Source: Asterias rubens (Eukaryota). Taken from it: 64,000 nt of DNA. The position numbers and the translations under genes were made by a program. Location: assembly GCF_902459465.1 (NCBI RefSeq), contig NC_047066.1, positions 7,812,001 through 7,876,000 on the forward strand, given 5' to 3'. The notes under the pieces were generated by a model. It ran no database searches and was not told where the DNA came from. It saw nothing but the letters and a program-made list of their open reading frames with translations. Below, piece after piece: positions 26,947 to 40,015 of this stretch (the stretch's first letter is position 1; each line of letters begins with the position of its first letter).

Positions 26947-27574
26947 CGGGCTTTACTGGTTTTAGCGCCATGGTCTTTATCTTTTGTTAAGCATAAAATG
27001 CATTGTAACGTGGAGTAGGCACAGGAAGAAGCACAGAATTCCCTGCATCCGCAAACGCCAATTCTTTGCTTATGGTAAGCAGAGCCATGAAATTGGGCCA
27101 TGCATGGTGTCTCCACAAACCTCTCATCATTGTATTTTGTATTCCAACCATGCAAACTTTCTAATCCTACAAATCCGTAGTACACATTTGGCAATGTCCT
27201 TAACCTATTACTTTTTGTAATACTTCTTGCAGATCTGAAGAAGGTATCGAGCGATAATTGTCTGGCGTATCACAGAATGCTGACATCTTCAAAAGTGGAG
27301 CACTCCATGTCAAGCCGAACTATAAAACTGGAAATCATACTTTGTGGAGTTCCTTCATGGTCCTGTAACCTAGCTGTGGATTGCGAGATCTACACAAGAT
27401 GAGATTCACTCTTCTTAGGAAATACCAACATGCAATGGAACTTCTATGACAGAAAGTTAGCATGGACCTCTATTTAAAAAAAGGCTAACAAGACTTGTGT
27501 AGTTATGTTTTGTATGATAGAGTGTTGTATATTGGCCGATCAGAGACTTTAAAAAGACAGGTGCTGCAGCCAAG

Positions 27575-30500
27575 ATGACTATCGGAACGGATGAGACCGA
27601 TGCGGATTTGCTGCTGAGCAAGCAGTATGGGGACGTCTTCTCCAGCACTTATGTTACCAAGCAGATGTTGGGCAAGTAAGTAATAACTATAGTCTGAGAA
27701 GGTTGGCAACTAGTGAATCTGGCAACCTAGTGAAATGACAAGCTAACTGGTCCTGCTGGCTAGAAACAGACAAGTTAAAGGCAAACTCTGCATCTCTTCC
27801 AAAAGTTATTGCTATGTTGTGTACTCCTACAAAGAAAAAACAACAACTTTAAAGCTCAAGTTTGCCTGTTACCCCTGATTGCGCTGTTGATAGTATTAAA
27901 ACATTGTGAGAAATGGCTCCCTCTGAAGTAAGATAGTTTTTGAGAAAGAGGTAATTTCTTACTCAAATATTAAAAAACTGCTGCCCTGGAGCCTTTTTTA
28001 GGCATCTGAAATCACACAAGTTTGTGCAACAATGGTGGTTTTTTTTTTCTTCATTCAATTCTCTTGCAATTTTGATGACCATTTGAGTGTACCAAAGGTG
28101 TCCGGCAGGCGATTTCACGAAATGCCAGGATTAATCCTATATCGAGTTAGGACAAGTAACGAGTTAGGAAGAGTAACTCGTCTTAACTTAGGATGAGTTC
28201 AATGCTTACTAACTGCCATAAATACAGAACTTAATTCGTTCTAAAAACTCCTAAGATTAATCCAATGTTAGAAAGAGTTTGGTGAAATCGACAGCAGTGC
28301 CTTAAAATCTGTTAAAAGAAATGAAAATCTAAAAGTATTTATTCTTTTGATTGTCTTGACAGAGGAGTAAGTAGCACAGTCAGGATGTGTATTCACCGAG
28401 AGACGTCCAGGAGCTTCGCAGTCAAGATCATCGACATGACGACCCAGAAGCATTCTGACCAGACGACGGCCATCATGAATGAATACAGCAACGAAGTAGC
28501 CATCTTGAGTCAGCTGTCAAGACCCAATAAACATCGAAACATCAGTAAGTCCAACTTCTCAATGGGGTGGTTAAAAGCAAATTACAGAATTGGTTTGCCG
28601 TGTTAACACTTTATGTAATCCACTATATACATAAACTTACAAACCTGTAGAAGTTTGAGATCAACCAGCCATCTGGGTCACAAAAAAATAGTGAAAACTG
28701 ATCACACATTTTGCATGACATCGATTGATTTTTTTAATAGTAAAATGCTCTTTGTGGGATTAACTCCAATGGGAAAATTTGTTTTATTTCTCATCAAATA
28801 TGACATTTCAAACAGAAAACTTAGACAAGTTTTTTTTTTAACCAATTCAAGCTATGACTTGGCTTACCCACAGGGCTTTTTCTTGAAAGTCACAGCAACA
28901 CATGTCCAAATAATAAGTGCTATTATTAGAAATTAGACCGAACATAAGTGATTTGGTTTTGTTTTGACTCTGGTGAGGACAGACAGAGGAAGTGTGATGA
29001 CTTCAGAGATAATAAGTTTCTCTCACATGATCGGTTTGACTACAAAAATTCAGTGAGTTGAGAAGAAAATCTCTGTGCATTGTTAGACAAGTTGATTAAT
29101 TGCAGAGATACCAAGTCTTTATAGACGTCCACCAAATTATCACACTGGAGAAAGATAGGTAAACTTCATGTTAGTGCGAATAAGTACTAAAGTTAATAGA
29201 GGATGATAGCGAAGTAGACTGGCTCCTTGTTTTTATCTGTTATATCAGTGCTCATGATCATACGGGGATACTGGGAACTCAACAAAGATAACTTGATGGA
29301 AGCCTGAAACGGCTTTGGTTTTGAATTTGTTTGGTTTTGAGTTTTACCGCCTTAATTTGTCCTTCACCCTGCATTAAAATTCTGTCTAAAATCATGGATT
29401 GAGCCATGTAGTGGCCATTCCAAAGCCACGACATTTTGGATGCTAAATCAATTTAACTTGTTTGTATTTAAATATTTGTTGGGGGGGGGGGTTATTTAAA
29501 GACAGTTTACATCAAATTGATTCATGTTTCGTTCCCTTGCAGTTGATCTACACGACTTCATGGAGACGCCAACGTATTACTTTCTAGTATTGGAATTGTG
29601 AGTTACCATCTTTTAAGTAGGATTTGAAACTTTGCATAATGGTGGAAAAACGATACAGTAAAGGTTTGTGGTAACACCATGTAATGATAATCTCTACAGT
29701 TAATAATAATAATAATAGTAGTTATTTGTAATGCGCCAAATCAATCTTTACAGATGTTCAAGGCGCAGCAGAGACAATGTAAACACAACAATACATGTAC
29801 ATATCCAGTGAATGCTAATCAAACAATAATAACACCATTTGCAACAACAATGGAAAGAAATCAGAACCGGGAGGGTAACCACGACCAGACCTGCAGCATT
29901 TAGCCAAAGAAGGTCCCGTTGAAACCAACAATTCTAGTCAGAACCACCCAATCCAACTCATTTAGAGATTATCATTACATGGTGTTACTGCGAACCTTTA
30001 CTATATCTTTTATGATATTGAATCTTATTGTAGAGTCTATATAAAAGATGTACTAATCATTTTGTATCAGAATGTTTCATCATGTTATCTTTTAGTTGAA
30101 ATTGTAACACTGTTTCATTAATGATGTTCTTTGTAGATGTCCTGAGGGTGAGCTATTTGACTACCTGACAAAGGTGGTCACACTTTCCGAGAAGAAAACA
30201 AGGTGAGATCATCCATTTTGTTTTCAAAAAGAATAGTGACAACTTGTTGCAGAAAAGAGTAGAAGTTAAGAAATTAAAATGTTTTTTAAATAAAGAAGAT
30301 TTCCCTCCTAGTAAGGGAGTGTTCAGGTTAAAAGGTCTATTAAAGGTCTATTAAAGCCTACACCATGTGTCTGCATATAGGTCATCAGCCCTTGTGCTCA
30401 ATAAAAATGTAAAATTCCAAAGGACCAAATAATTGTAATAATAATAATAATAATAACCAGTTTTTATATAGCACTTTTCACACCCGAAGGGCGTCCCAAA

Positions 30501-33500
30501 GTGCCTCACATTATTACCCGTGGTCTCTGGGCCTTAAATCATTCCTTAAACCATCTCAGCTCCCTGGGGACAGCCTGTGCAACATTAGTATGTGCTACTC
30601 GGCTAAATCAATCACATGAACCATTTACCCCTGTGTGATGAGAAGCAATGATTTAGTTAAGTGTCTTGCTCAGGGACACAAGTGTCACGACCGGGATTCG
30701 AACCCACACTCTGCTGAACAGAAGCACCAGAGCTTGAGTTCAGTGCTCTTATCCGCTTGACCACGACACCCCATGCCTCTGTGATGAGTCCTTTGTTTAG
30801 GTGACTCTTAACTTTCCATTTTTATTTGTTCGTACTAAGGTATATTATGAGACAGATTCTTGATGCTGTGCAGTACATCCACAGCCATGGTATTGTCCAT
30901 AGAGATATGAAGGTATAGTGAACAGCTGCATTACTTTTGACCCCTTGCAGCACACTTACACTCGGAAAAGCAGAAAAGCTAGGTTTACTTCGATATTTAC
31001 TTTGAGGTTGACAAACTAGACTTGAGAACTAGTTTGTCATTTTCCAATACTTCTGGGAGATAATAACGTCTGTTCACCCTGCAACCATAGATTAAGGGCA
31101 GAGACTCCTTTCTCTATGCTCCAACCTAGTTATTTTTTGTTTGTAAACCATATTTTGGGAAAGTTTGTCTGCTGTTTGTGCTTTAAATTGATAATCTGGA
31201 TTTCAAAACAGTCCTTTTGTAAGAACTTATTAAAAGTTTCTTTATGTGAATTAGAAAACATTGTTTTACTTTTGTTTTTTTATACAGCCGGAAAATATAT
31301 TACTGAAAGACAACCTGACCGTCAAGATTTCTGACTTTGGCATGGCTGCTGATATCAAAGAAGGGCAACTGCTTACAGGTAAGGGAATGGGACCTGACTA
31401 AATGCCAGTGATGTGGATTTTGGCCTGTGTCTGATTTAGCACCTGTGGCTATGGCTAAGGCTGTTGCTAAAGGGTGTTGCTATCGGCATCCTTTATAGAC
31501 AATGTGACCTGTGACATCACATGTTTACAAAAGACCCTGGACTTCCTGCAGGCAAGATTTGTACACAGCTCAACAGAAGAAAACATAAAATCTTATATTT
31601 TATGGAGATTGCACTGTCTAATTCTTATCAACTTTTGATATAATGAAAGGGGGCACGCTTCAAAACTTGTCCAGCTTTTACTTTCATAATTGGTTTTATG
31701 TGGAAATTATGACACAAAATGTCAACTTTCTCATAGGGCCAGTGTAGTTTCTTGCCTGCGAGAATACTCAAGGAATGTACAAGGTCACACTTATTGTAAA
31801 CAAAGTTCACATGGTCTATATGAACTGCCTCTAGCTACCAGACAATCTTGGTGGTCTAGTTGGTAAGACTGCTCTAGAAGTGCAAAGGTGACGGGTTTGA
31901 AGCCCACTTGAATCCTCATAGAACTCTGGAAAGTACCGAGTATACAGTGCTAACACACTTCGGTGTCACATACATGTATGTAAGGATGAAACCAAATATC
32001 ATTTATAAAATAGTTTGTTTGATGATTTCTACCACAGAGTTGTGTGGGACGCCTGGTTACATGTCTCCAGAAATGCTGAAGTGCAGTATGAGTTTAGATG
32101 ATGTCAAAGGTTACGGCAAGGAGATTGACCTCTGGGCGTGCGGGGTCATCATGTTCACGCTGTAAGCTCTCAAAACACAAGAATGTAGTGCGTATCAGAT
32201 TCTTTTTTAAATATTAAACCACATGGAACAGCGACTGGTTAAAATTTTTAAATGATTTGTTGTTGAACAAAAGACAAATCTACTAGAGTGTGATTTGAAC
32301 CCCTCTGACTGCCCCCCCCCCCCCCGAACAAAGATTAAAATCCTGCTCTTGTCAATTTGTCTTTGTTCAACCCCCAGTCAAATTATTTTTCAACGGGAAA
32401 ACCCAAACTGTTCTACACTGCCTTGAATTGTCCCTGTGCATGACAATGTTTCCACTGACCATTCATTTTTTAAATGACCACCTCATTCATTATTTTAGAC
32501 AATAAACTAATCCTTTTTAAATACAAGTATTTATATTTTTTAGTGCTTGTTAAATCTGTTTTGTAACTCAACCAGCTACACTAAAAATCTGTTTAATCAA
32601 CCAGAAATAAATAATAAGAACAAATATTGAATCAAGAAAATCATTTCTTTTATTGCTTGTTAAAAATGTGTAACTCAGCCTTTGAATCACAGATTTCGTT
32701 TGAGAAACCATAAATATATTATTCCAACAATATTTGCTACCCACCAGGCTCGTTGGTTGTCCTCCATTCTGGCATCGGAGGCAGGTCATCATGTTACGCA
32801 CCATCATGGAGGGCAGGTTCTCCTTCGGCAGCCCCGAATGGGACGACAACACAGAAACTGCTAAAGATACGGTAAGATTACAATTCTGATGATAGCGCCC
32901 TGGTTATTTAATAATAACAATAACCAGTTTTATATAGTGCTTTTCACACCCAAGGGCTTCTCAAAGCGCTTCCAACATAATTACCCCTGGTCACCGGGCC
33001 TTAGTTCATTCCTAAAACCATCTCAGCTCCCTGGGGAGTATGCCTGTGCAACATTAATATGCGCTACTCGGCCAAATCAATCACAAGAACCATCTCTGCC
33101 CTCACAGGTACCCATGTACCCCTGGGTGGAGAGAAGCAATTACAGTAAAGTGTCTTGCTCAGGGACACAAGTGTCACGACCGGGATTCAAACCCACACTT
33201 TGCTGAACAGAAAGCACCAGAGCTCGAGTTTGGTATTTGACCTACTCGTAGACATTTTTGCCAGGCTATATAATTATAGTGACACCGAAAATCTGTTTTC
33301 CTGGAAGCATAGAGGAAGTGACCTGATACTTTGAATGTTTACACTTCAAGCCCAGCTAGGGCCTATAAAGCAGAATCAAGCGCCCTGGCACCCTGTGATT
33401 CGTCAATCACATGATCCTGAAGGCTGCAAGTGCAGCATTTTTTAGTAAGCAGAGCTAAATAACTACTGAAGCAAAAAATATTGCTGAACCATTTTTCTGC

Positions 33501-35112
33501 TAAATTTTATTTGTGGCATGGCTGGTGACCTTATTCTAGTGTAATATGTTTAGCTGCTGTTTGTGCTTAAGCAGCTCTTTTAAATTGGGCTCTGGTCTCA
33601 TGCATCAAGCCAAGATAATCATTCGTAAAACCAGCTTTCTGATACCCATAACGCCAGTCACCCTGAAACCACCGCTACATGGTGTAACAACTCTTCCTCT
33701 CTTTATTGATCTCAGATCAGAAAGCTGTTAGTGGTTGAACCATCCCTGAGGTTGACCCCTGCTGAGGCGCTTCAGAGCCCTTTCTTCCAGACGTCGGACT
33801 CCCCTGCCAAAGCTGCTTTCTCCCCCCGGAAGAGGTTCAGGGTAGGTTTCGTGTTTTATTTTATTTTTTGCAAACTTTTATGTCTTTTGTTTGTTCTCTC
33901 TTTCCCTTACATGGATTTCCAAATGCAATTTGCCTTCCCTGTGGCCAACATTATAATTATTACGATTATTATTAAGAGTTAAAATTGCATTTCAAATTGT
34001 GGGACAAACTGTGTTGTCATGTGCATCTCAAAACTGGTTCTGGGGTGGATTTTGCAAAGAGTTAGGACTAGTCTTATCTCGAGTTAGGACCAGCACTGGT
34101 AAGGACGAGTTACTCGTCCTAACTAAGGACTAGCCTTAAGTTTTTTATATCTCGTAGGACTAGTCCTAACTCTTTGTGAATTGACCCCAGCTGTCATTTT
34201 ATTGACGATTCATTTTATTTGTTTAAAGATCTTTATACAGGATACAAAAATCAGCCATAATTATGATGCAAATCTTTAACTGGTTGTTTCTTGCCTGCTA
34301 CAAAATGCACTGAAATGTACAGGGTCTCTTTTTTTTTTTTTTTTTAACAAGATGTATCTTGCCTGCCAGGAAATGCCCTGGAATGTACAAGGCCACTCTT
34401 TGTATGACAGTTTAGCATACATGATAATCTTCCTACTTAAGTCCGATTTCTGATTTGTTGCCCTTTGAGAAATAAGAGGAATTGTGTAAACAGCCCGATG
34501 AAGAGTCTGTTATTGTTATTACTATTAAGGTCAGCCCTTAATTGTGCTCAATCAGATTTTCCTACATTTCCCCAAGGACCAAACATCATGCCTGGTTTAG
34601 CCAACTTAAACAATATGATGAACCTTATCTCTTATAATTGCTTTATGCCCATCTTTCTTTGATTTCTTCCTAGCTTAGGCTGACGTTTCAATTTTGGTTA
34701 TTGTACATGTGTATCTTATTGTTTGTATTTAGCGTCATGAGCACTTTGATAAATTTGTGCGCTTTATAATGTTTCATTATTATTTGTTATTATTAATTTA
34801 TTTTGTTGACAGTCTGCTGCCATAGCGATAATTGCAATCTGCGCCTTGAGGCGTTACACCAGCCAGAGCTCTGTACCCCTTATCCGTATCAAGCAGAACC
34901 CGTACAGCGTCCGAACCATCCGCAAAACCATCGACGGATGCGCATTCGGGATCTACGGCCACTGGGTTAAGAAAGGCGAGGGTCAGAACCGGGCGGCTCT
35001 GTTTGAGAACGTACCTAAGACGGACGCATTGAACGCAGCGTCGAGTAAGTCTCCACATGGCAGTATGCTGTCACTGCTGGACAACAGAGTGATGTTTGAG
35101 GTTCCTAGTTGA
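27575..35112 (+). CDS. PHKG: Phosphorylase b kinase gamma catalytic subunit, ~413 aa, 10 coding exons
   Basis: Exons 27575-27675, 28363-28544, 29543-29597, 30137-30202, 30840-30912, 31288-31378, 32038-32161, 32748-32871, 33716-33841, 34813-35112; all GT-AG, total 1242 nt. Kinase motifs [45 protein letters not shown]; PHKG signatures [26 protein letters not shown] and [20 protein letters not shown]. Confidence 0.95.
30435..30772 (-). mobile_element. tRNA-derived SINE, family 1 (CORE-like central segment, (TTA)n tail)
   Basis: Minus strand: A-box tggtcaagcgg, B-box ggttcgaatcc, then gtgtccctgagcaagacacttaac, ending ataaaaactggttattattatt. Copies at 32908-33240 (-) and 50205-50512 (+). Confidence 0.75.
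32908..33240 (-). mobile_element. tRNA-derived SINE, family 1
   Basis: High similarity to 30435-30772, same orientation, in PHKG intron 8. Confidence 0.75.
34040..34190. mobile_element. MITE, family C
   Basis: ctggggtggattttgcaaagag ... ctctttgtgaattgaccccag with internal taggactagtc repeats. Confidence 0.7.
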
Positions 35113-36067
35113 TAAAAGCGTACAGTTATAGCTTCAAAAAGACTCTTGACATGAAACTCTAGATCTGGCCGTTTTATTGTTTTATGAGCAACTTTGTATT
35201 GGAGTCGACTGCTCTAATTGCTTATACCAGTATACTAAAGCGTCACTTACAACGAATGCGTGATGAGAAGAATTTGACTTGTCAAAAGTGTGTAGTAACG
35301 CTGCTGTAAAGTTGTGTAGAACATGACTGAAAGTAAATTGCTGCCCCATGTTTGGGATCTGGACCCTATTTCATGGCTTTGGTGATCGTGAAATTCTGCG
35401 CTTACTGCCTGATGAATCAAATGCTGTATGGTGCCGTAAGAGGATAATTTAGTGGTAACTAGTGATTTAGCCCAGCAGTGCCCAATTTCAAAGCGCTGTT
35501 CATTATAGGGTTTATTGGTTTATATTAAACCTACCATGCAACCTACTTGTAAAAGTTTCATCAAGTCAGTGCTTTTATGTTTCTTTTGTGAAACCAGTGA
35601 GACAAGAAATCATGTTTTTAAACATGCACATATACAAGCTTATTTAGGTTGCAATCAAAACAAGTAACAATGATGATTTTGAGGATCTTTCATGTACAAA
35701 AGCAATGGGGGTCGTCGCTAAAAAAAAGCAAAGTCCAAACAGTGCGAGAACAAAAGAGAAGTCCTAAATATACCTGATTCACAAACGTGTGTGTGTGTAT
35801 CTTGCTGTGGTATGCATTTTATGATCCTGCTTTCAAATATTTCAAGTGGTCATCTGGCCGAAAACAGAGCACAGAAGAAACGCAATAAAATTTGTACTTT
35901 TTAAGGAGTCTTGTTGTAAACGAAACCTTTTAACAATGAACAGTAAATTTTCTTTAGTGTAAGATATAACTGATAAGACTGTTTTTATTAGTGTTTGCCA
36001 AAAAGATAATTACTGCGTGAGTACAAGGTACAAAGCAGCTGAATTGATACAATATAAATGAAAAGAT

Positions 36068-36419
36068 TTAAAGGCAGTGGACACTATTGGTAATTACTCA
36101 AAATAATTATTAGCATAAAACCTTACTTGATCATGAGTAATGGGGAGAGGTTGATAGTATAAAATATTGTGAGCGAAACGGCTCCCTCTGAAGTGACGTA
36201 GTTTTCGAGAAAGAAGTAATTTTCCAGGAATTTGATTTCGAGACCTCAGGTTTAGAATTTGAGGTCTCGAAATCAAGGATCTGAAAGCCCACAACTTCGT
36301 GTGACCATGGTGCGACAAGGGTGTTTTTTTCAGGTTTGTTATTTTATGCATAAGTTGAGATACACCAACTGTGACACACCAATAGTCTTTGGCACACCAA
36401 TAGTGAACAGTGTCTTTAA
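36068..36419. mobile_element. Kolobok-like MITE, family A
   Basis: TTAA-AGGCAGTGGACAC...GTGTCT-TTAA, with an internal deletion relative to other copies. Confidence 0.8.
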
Positions 36420-38114
36420 TGTAAGCAACTGGGATTAGTATCACATTTCTGCTTACCATTAACGAAAATCTGTGCTTACGATAGTAGAACAAAATGTGTA
36501 ATGCTAGAAATGTTTTATTGTGTGCATGGAACCTTACTTTTACTAAAGCATTCTTGGCTTACAAAGCTAGCATGTAAATTTAGTACATACCATGGGCTCA
36601 ATTTCATAAAGCTGCTTAGGCAAATATTATCGCTTAATCATTTGGTGCTAAGTGAAAATGAACAGGATACCAGTCACTAATTGCACATGAGAAATGGTAT
36701 TTTGGCTGGTATGTTGTTGTGCTTCACTCTTTTTGTGCTTAAGCAGCTCCATGGAATTGGGCACATGGTAAGCAGAGTTTATGGTGATCAAAACACATAC
36801 CTTGAGGGCCCAATTTATAAAATATGTAAGCTCAAAAACTTGTTGAGCACATACAAATCATGCTAAGCAGAAACTGAGGACCAGCCACACTTGTACAGAG
36901 TTTACACTGTTGTGTTGGTTTCCAAAAAAAAAATTGCTTAGCAGCATTTTATGATTAAGTGTATGAGCTTGAAGATATGCAGAGCCATGATGTTAGGCCG
37001 TAAATGTTGGTAAGCTGACAAGCAAGCAAATTTGCTTTGCAAATGAAACGCAGAAGGTAACCAAGTGCAATAATGTGAATTAAATGGCATTTTGGCTCTG
37101 CTTAGGCAGTCATTTCTGTGGTAAGCAAGAGTTTGTGTTTTGTGCTTACAAGCTTTAGGGAGTGAGAGCCTGTTTTTTGATTGGCAACTGTTGGTAAACT
37201 GTGGGTATTTATTGTGTGTATTCAAAAATATTTATGAACAGTTCTAGCTAAAAGAAACTTCCTGCAACAATTTACAATGATGTATGGAAAGCTATGGAAA
37301 TTGACCTCCTATTTTTGGTTCTTCTTCTAAATCACACTGATTTTTGCAATCAGGATGTTAACAGTTTTGATTTTGAGGGTTAATATGGTCAGTTTGCCGG
37401 CCATAGATTGTTAATTTGCTGTTGAAAGCACCAAGCTCTCTGTCTTAAAATAACAGGTGGAGTCATAAGCTTAGGCATAAAGTGCACAAATAACATTTTG
37501 TTTACAGTTATCTTCATAGAAAGTTCCAACTTAAGTCGACCATCTTTATGGGCAATAATAGGAAATTTTGAATGCACAACTATGCGTTATGCATAAATAC
37601 CGCATGCGGCTTAGGGGAGTTCTATCAAAATTCCTTGCATGATTGGTCGGTGAACACAAGGCTATGTAGAAATTAGAAAGATCGACGCAGCCCAAAGATG
37701 AAACCCAAGTTGCCTGTTAAGATGGTGTGTAGTGTCAGGAGCTATAACTGAAACCCCTCTGCTGCACAATGCCCGAGAAAGATGCTGTATTTGAATTTGC
37801 ATGAACTGCACTTAACGAGTGTTGCCCTACCACGGTGTGCTTTATTTCAGCTTTTGCTTTATATGTTTGAGTTTTCGATTGAAAAACAAAATCCAACCCT
37901 GTTTAGTGTTAGCATGCAAATTTAACCTCATTGAAATGACAGGTTTTTGAGACGCAATATCGGAGGAATGTTTTGTTAAAAACCATTTTGAATAACATTG
38001 AACGATTTTCCCAAAATGTAAAATGGACATCTGGGAAAGGGCATTACATACATGTATGATACATACATATTAAATAAAAACATTTAATCAACAAGTTAAA
38101 CTTGTATGTAACCA

Positions 38115-39309
38115 GGGCCCAACTTCTTAAAGCTGCTTAAATACAAGCACCTCAAAATTCTGCTTACCAGAATACGGTTACCAGCCAATGTTACAATGTA
38201 ACATAAACCATTTCTTACTGGTATCCTACAAACTTTTGCTGAGCACAAAAAGTATAAGCAAAATTGTCTGTTTAAGCTTTATGAACTTGGGCCCAGGCAC
38301 GTACTGTTTAGTTTAAGTTCTAGAGAGGGAAAATACATTTTGCCGCATTTTTACCAAAGAAACTTTATAAGCATAATTTACATACATCTCAAGTTGTTAG
38401 CGCCATATTCTTTTATAGTAGTACTAAGAGGGAACTGTAAATTTAAGCCCTACAAATATCCGAAAAAAGTGTGTGAAATAATTTATTAATTTGTACGGGT
38501 TAAAGTTATGTTGCTCTTCCGTTTCTCTTTTTTATTGAAGATTACCTTTGTTGAAGTGAATCAAAAAGTTTGATGTTAATTGGGCTTAATTTTCATAGAG
38601 ATGCTTTGAGCAATAAATACTTGCTCAAGAATGTTGTCACTGTTGCAAAAAATCAATCAGACAGCCAGCCAAGGATGGAACAGTTGTTTTTGCTTTGAAA
38701 TTTTTTGTTTTATTATAAGTATATCTACGATATTGCATTTCGCCCAATGTCTCAAGGATATTAAGCACAAGAGTTTACGCATCTCGCCTCAGATAAATTA
38801 TGTTAAGCAGAAGTTGGTTACCAGTCAATAACACTGTATACTGTATACTACTCTCTCAGCTGGTTCTCTGCAAAATATTGCTTAGAAAATAAATTTCTTG
38901 AGCAATATTTTCTGCTGAAAAGGTTTTATGAAATTGGGCCTAGGGTCTCAACCAACTTTATTTGTAGTTTTTTTTTTCAAATAAGGAATCTGAATTTATT
39001 GTAAATTGTAAAACAGAGTCAAAATTGCTTGCATTAAATTTGTATTTACATGTGAAGGAATGGTTTTTGAACTCTGAATAGAGTGTTGAGCAAATGTCGG
39101 TCAGACACCCAACTGCCTCACACTTACTACAGGGCCAAATTTCATGGCTCGGCTTACTGCCGAGTTCTGGCTTACGATCACTATTCTCCGCGCTTACATG
39201 CAAGCGGCAAATTTCTGCATGACATATATGCTTGCCGCAAGCGCAGAAGTCACTGCTTCCGCACGCGTCGATTCTGTGCTTACAGTAAGCTGAGCTATGA
39301 AATTGGGCA
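38115..39309. mobile_element. Cluster of three MITEs with GGGCCCAATTTCAT-type TIRs
   Basis: TIR pairs at ~38115-38293, ~38582-38940 and ~39133-39309 (gggccaaatttcatggctc...gagctatgaaattgggc), rich in GCTTA/TAAGC subrepeats. Confidence 0.55.
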
Positions 39310-39556
39310 CACAATAAATAGTAAGGGTTTGTGTAATTTTGTTTTGCAATTATTTTAACTTTATCCTTTTAATAAAATGAGAACAAAAGTTTAAATTACA
39401 ATGTTGCCTGTGTGATTTTTTTGGGGGAGCATTTTGTTTTACTAACCAAATAACATGTATATAATTTCTTTTTACCCTTACACCATTGGGTATTTGGCAC
39501 TGTATACACCGTACTTTCCAGAGTTCTGTGAAAGAATTCCGCAGGCAAATCGCTCT

Positions 39557-39850
39557 GGTGGGGTCCCAACCCACGACCCTTGCATTGCTAGAGCAGATGT
39601 CTTACCACTAGACCACCCGAGCTAGCCCAGTGGTTAAAGTCAGTTGGAATCCTATTTTTAAGCAAAATGTATTCAGGTTGGCAGGTACCTGAAAAAATTC
39701 CACAGGCATACACTACTATGGTGGGATTCGAACCCACGACCCTTGCATTGCTAGAGCAGATGTCTTACCAATAGACCACCAGAGCTAGCCCAGTGGTTAC
39801 AGGCAGTTTAAACCCTATGTTTACGCAAAATGCATACAGGTTGTGTGATG
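39557..39850 (-). repeat. Two tandem ~163 bp tRNA-derived SINE heads
   Basis: Minus strand ggtctagtggtaagacatctgctctagcaatgcaagggtcgtgggttcgaatcccacc repeated at ~39557 and ~39720. Related fragments at ~31848-31910 and ~41600-41660. Confidence 0.6.
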
Positions 39851-40015
39851 TCTTGAGGCTGAGTCACACTGCACCAATAATGAAAACGACGCAAAGAGAG
39901 CGCATTCTATTGTTTGAACTGCTCCACGCACGCACGCGTACTCAACCAATCGAGTGGGTGCATTTTGTAATGTCTCTTTTTCGTTCTCGTTATCAAGGCC
40001 TGTGTGACCGGGCCT

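Noticed and set aside
39557-39800. tRNA genes (also at 30700-30772, 50205-50290, 61108-61190)
   Set aside because: A and B boxes are present, but no complete cloverleaf is evident and each continues into a shared SINE body.
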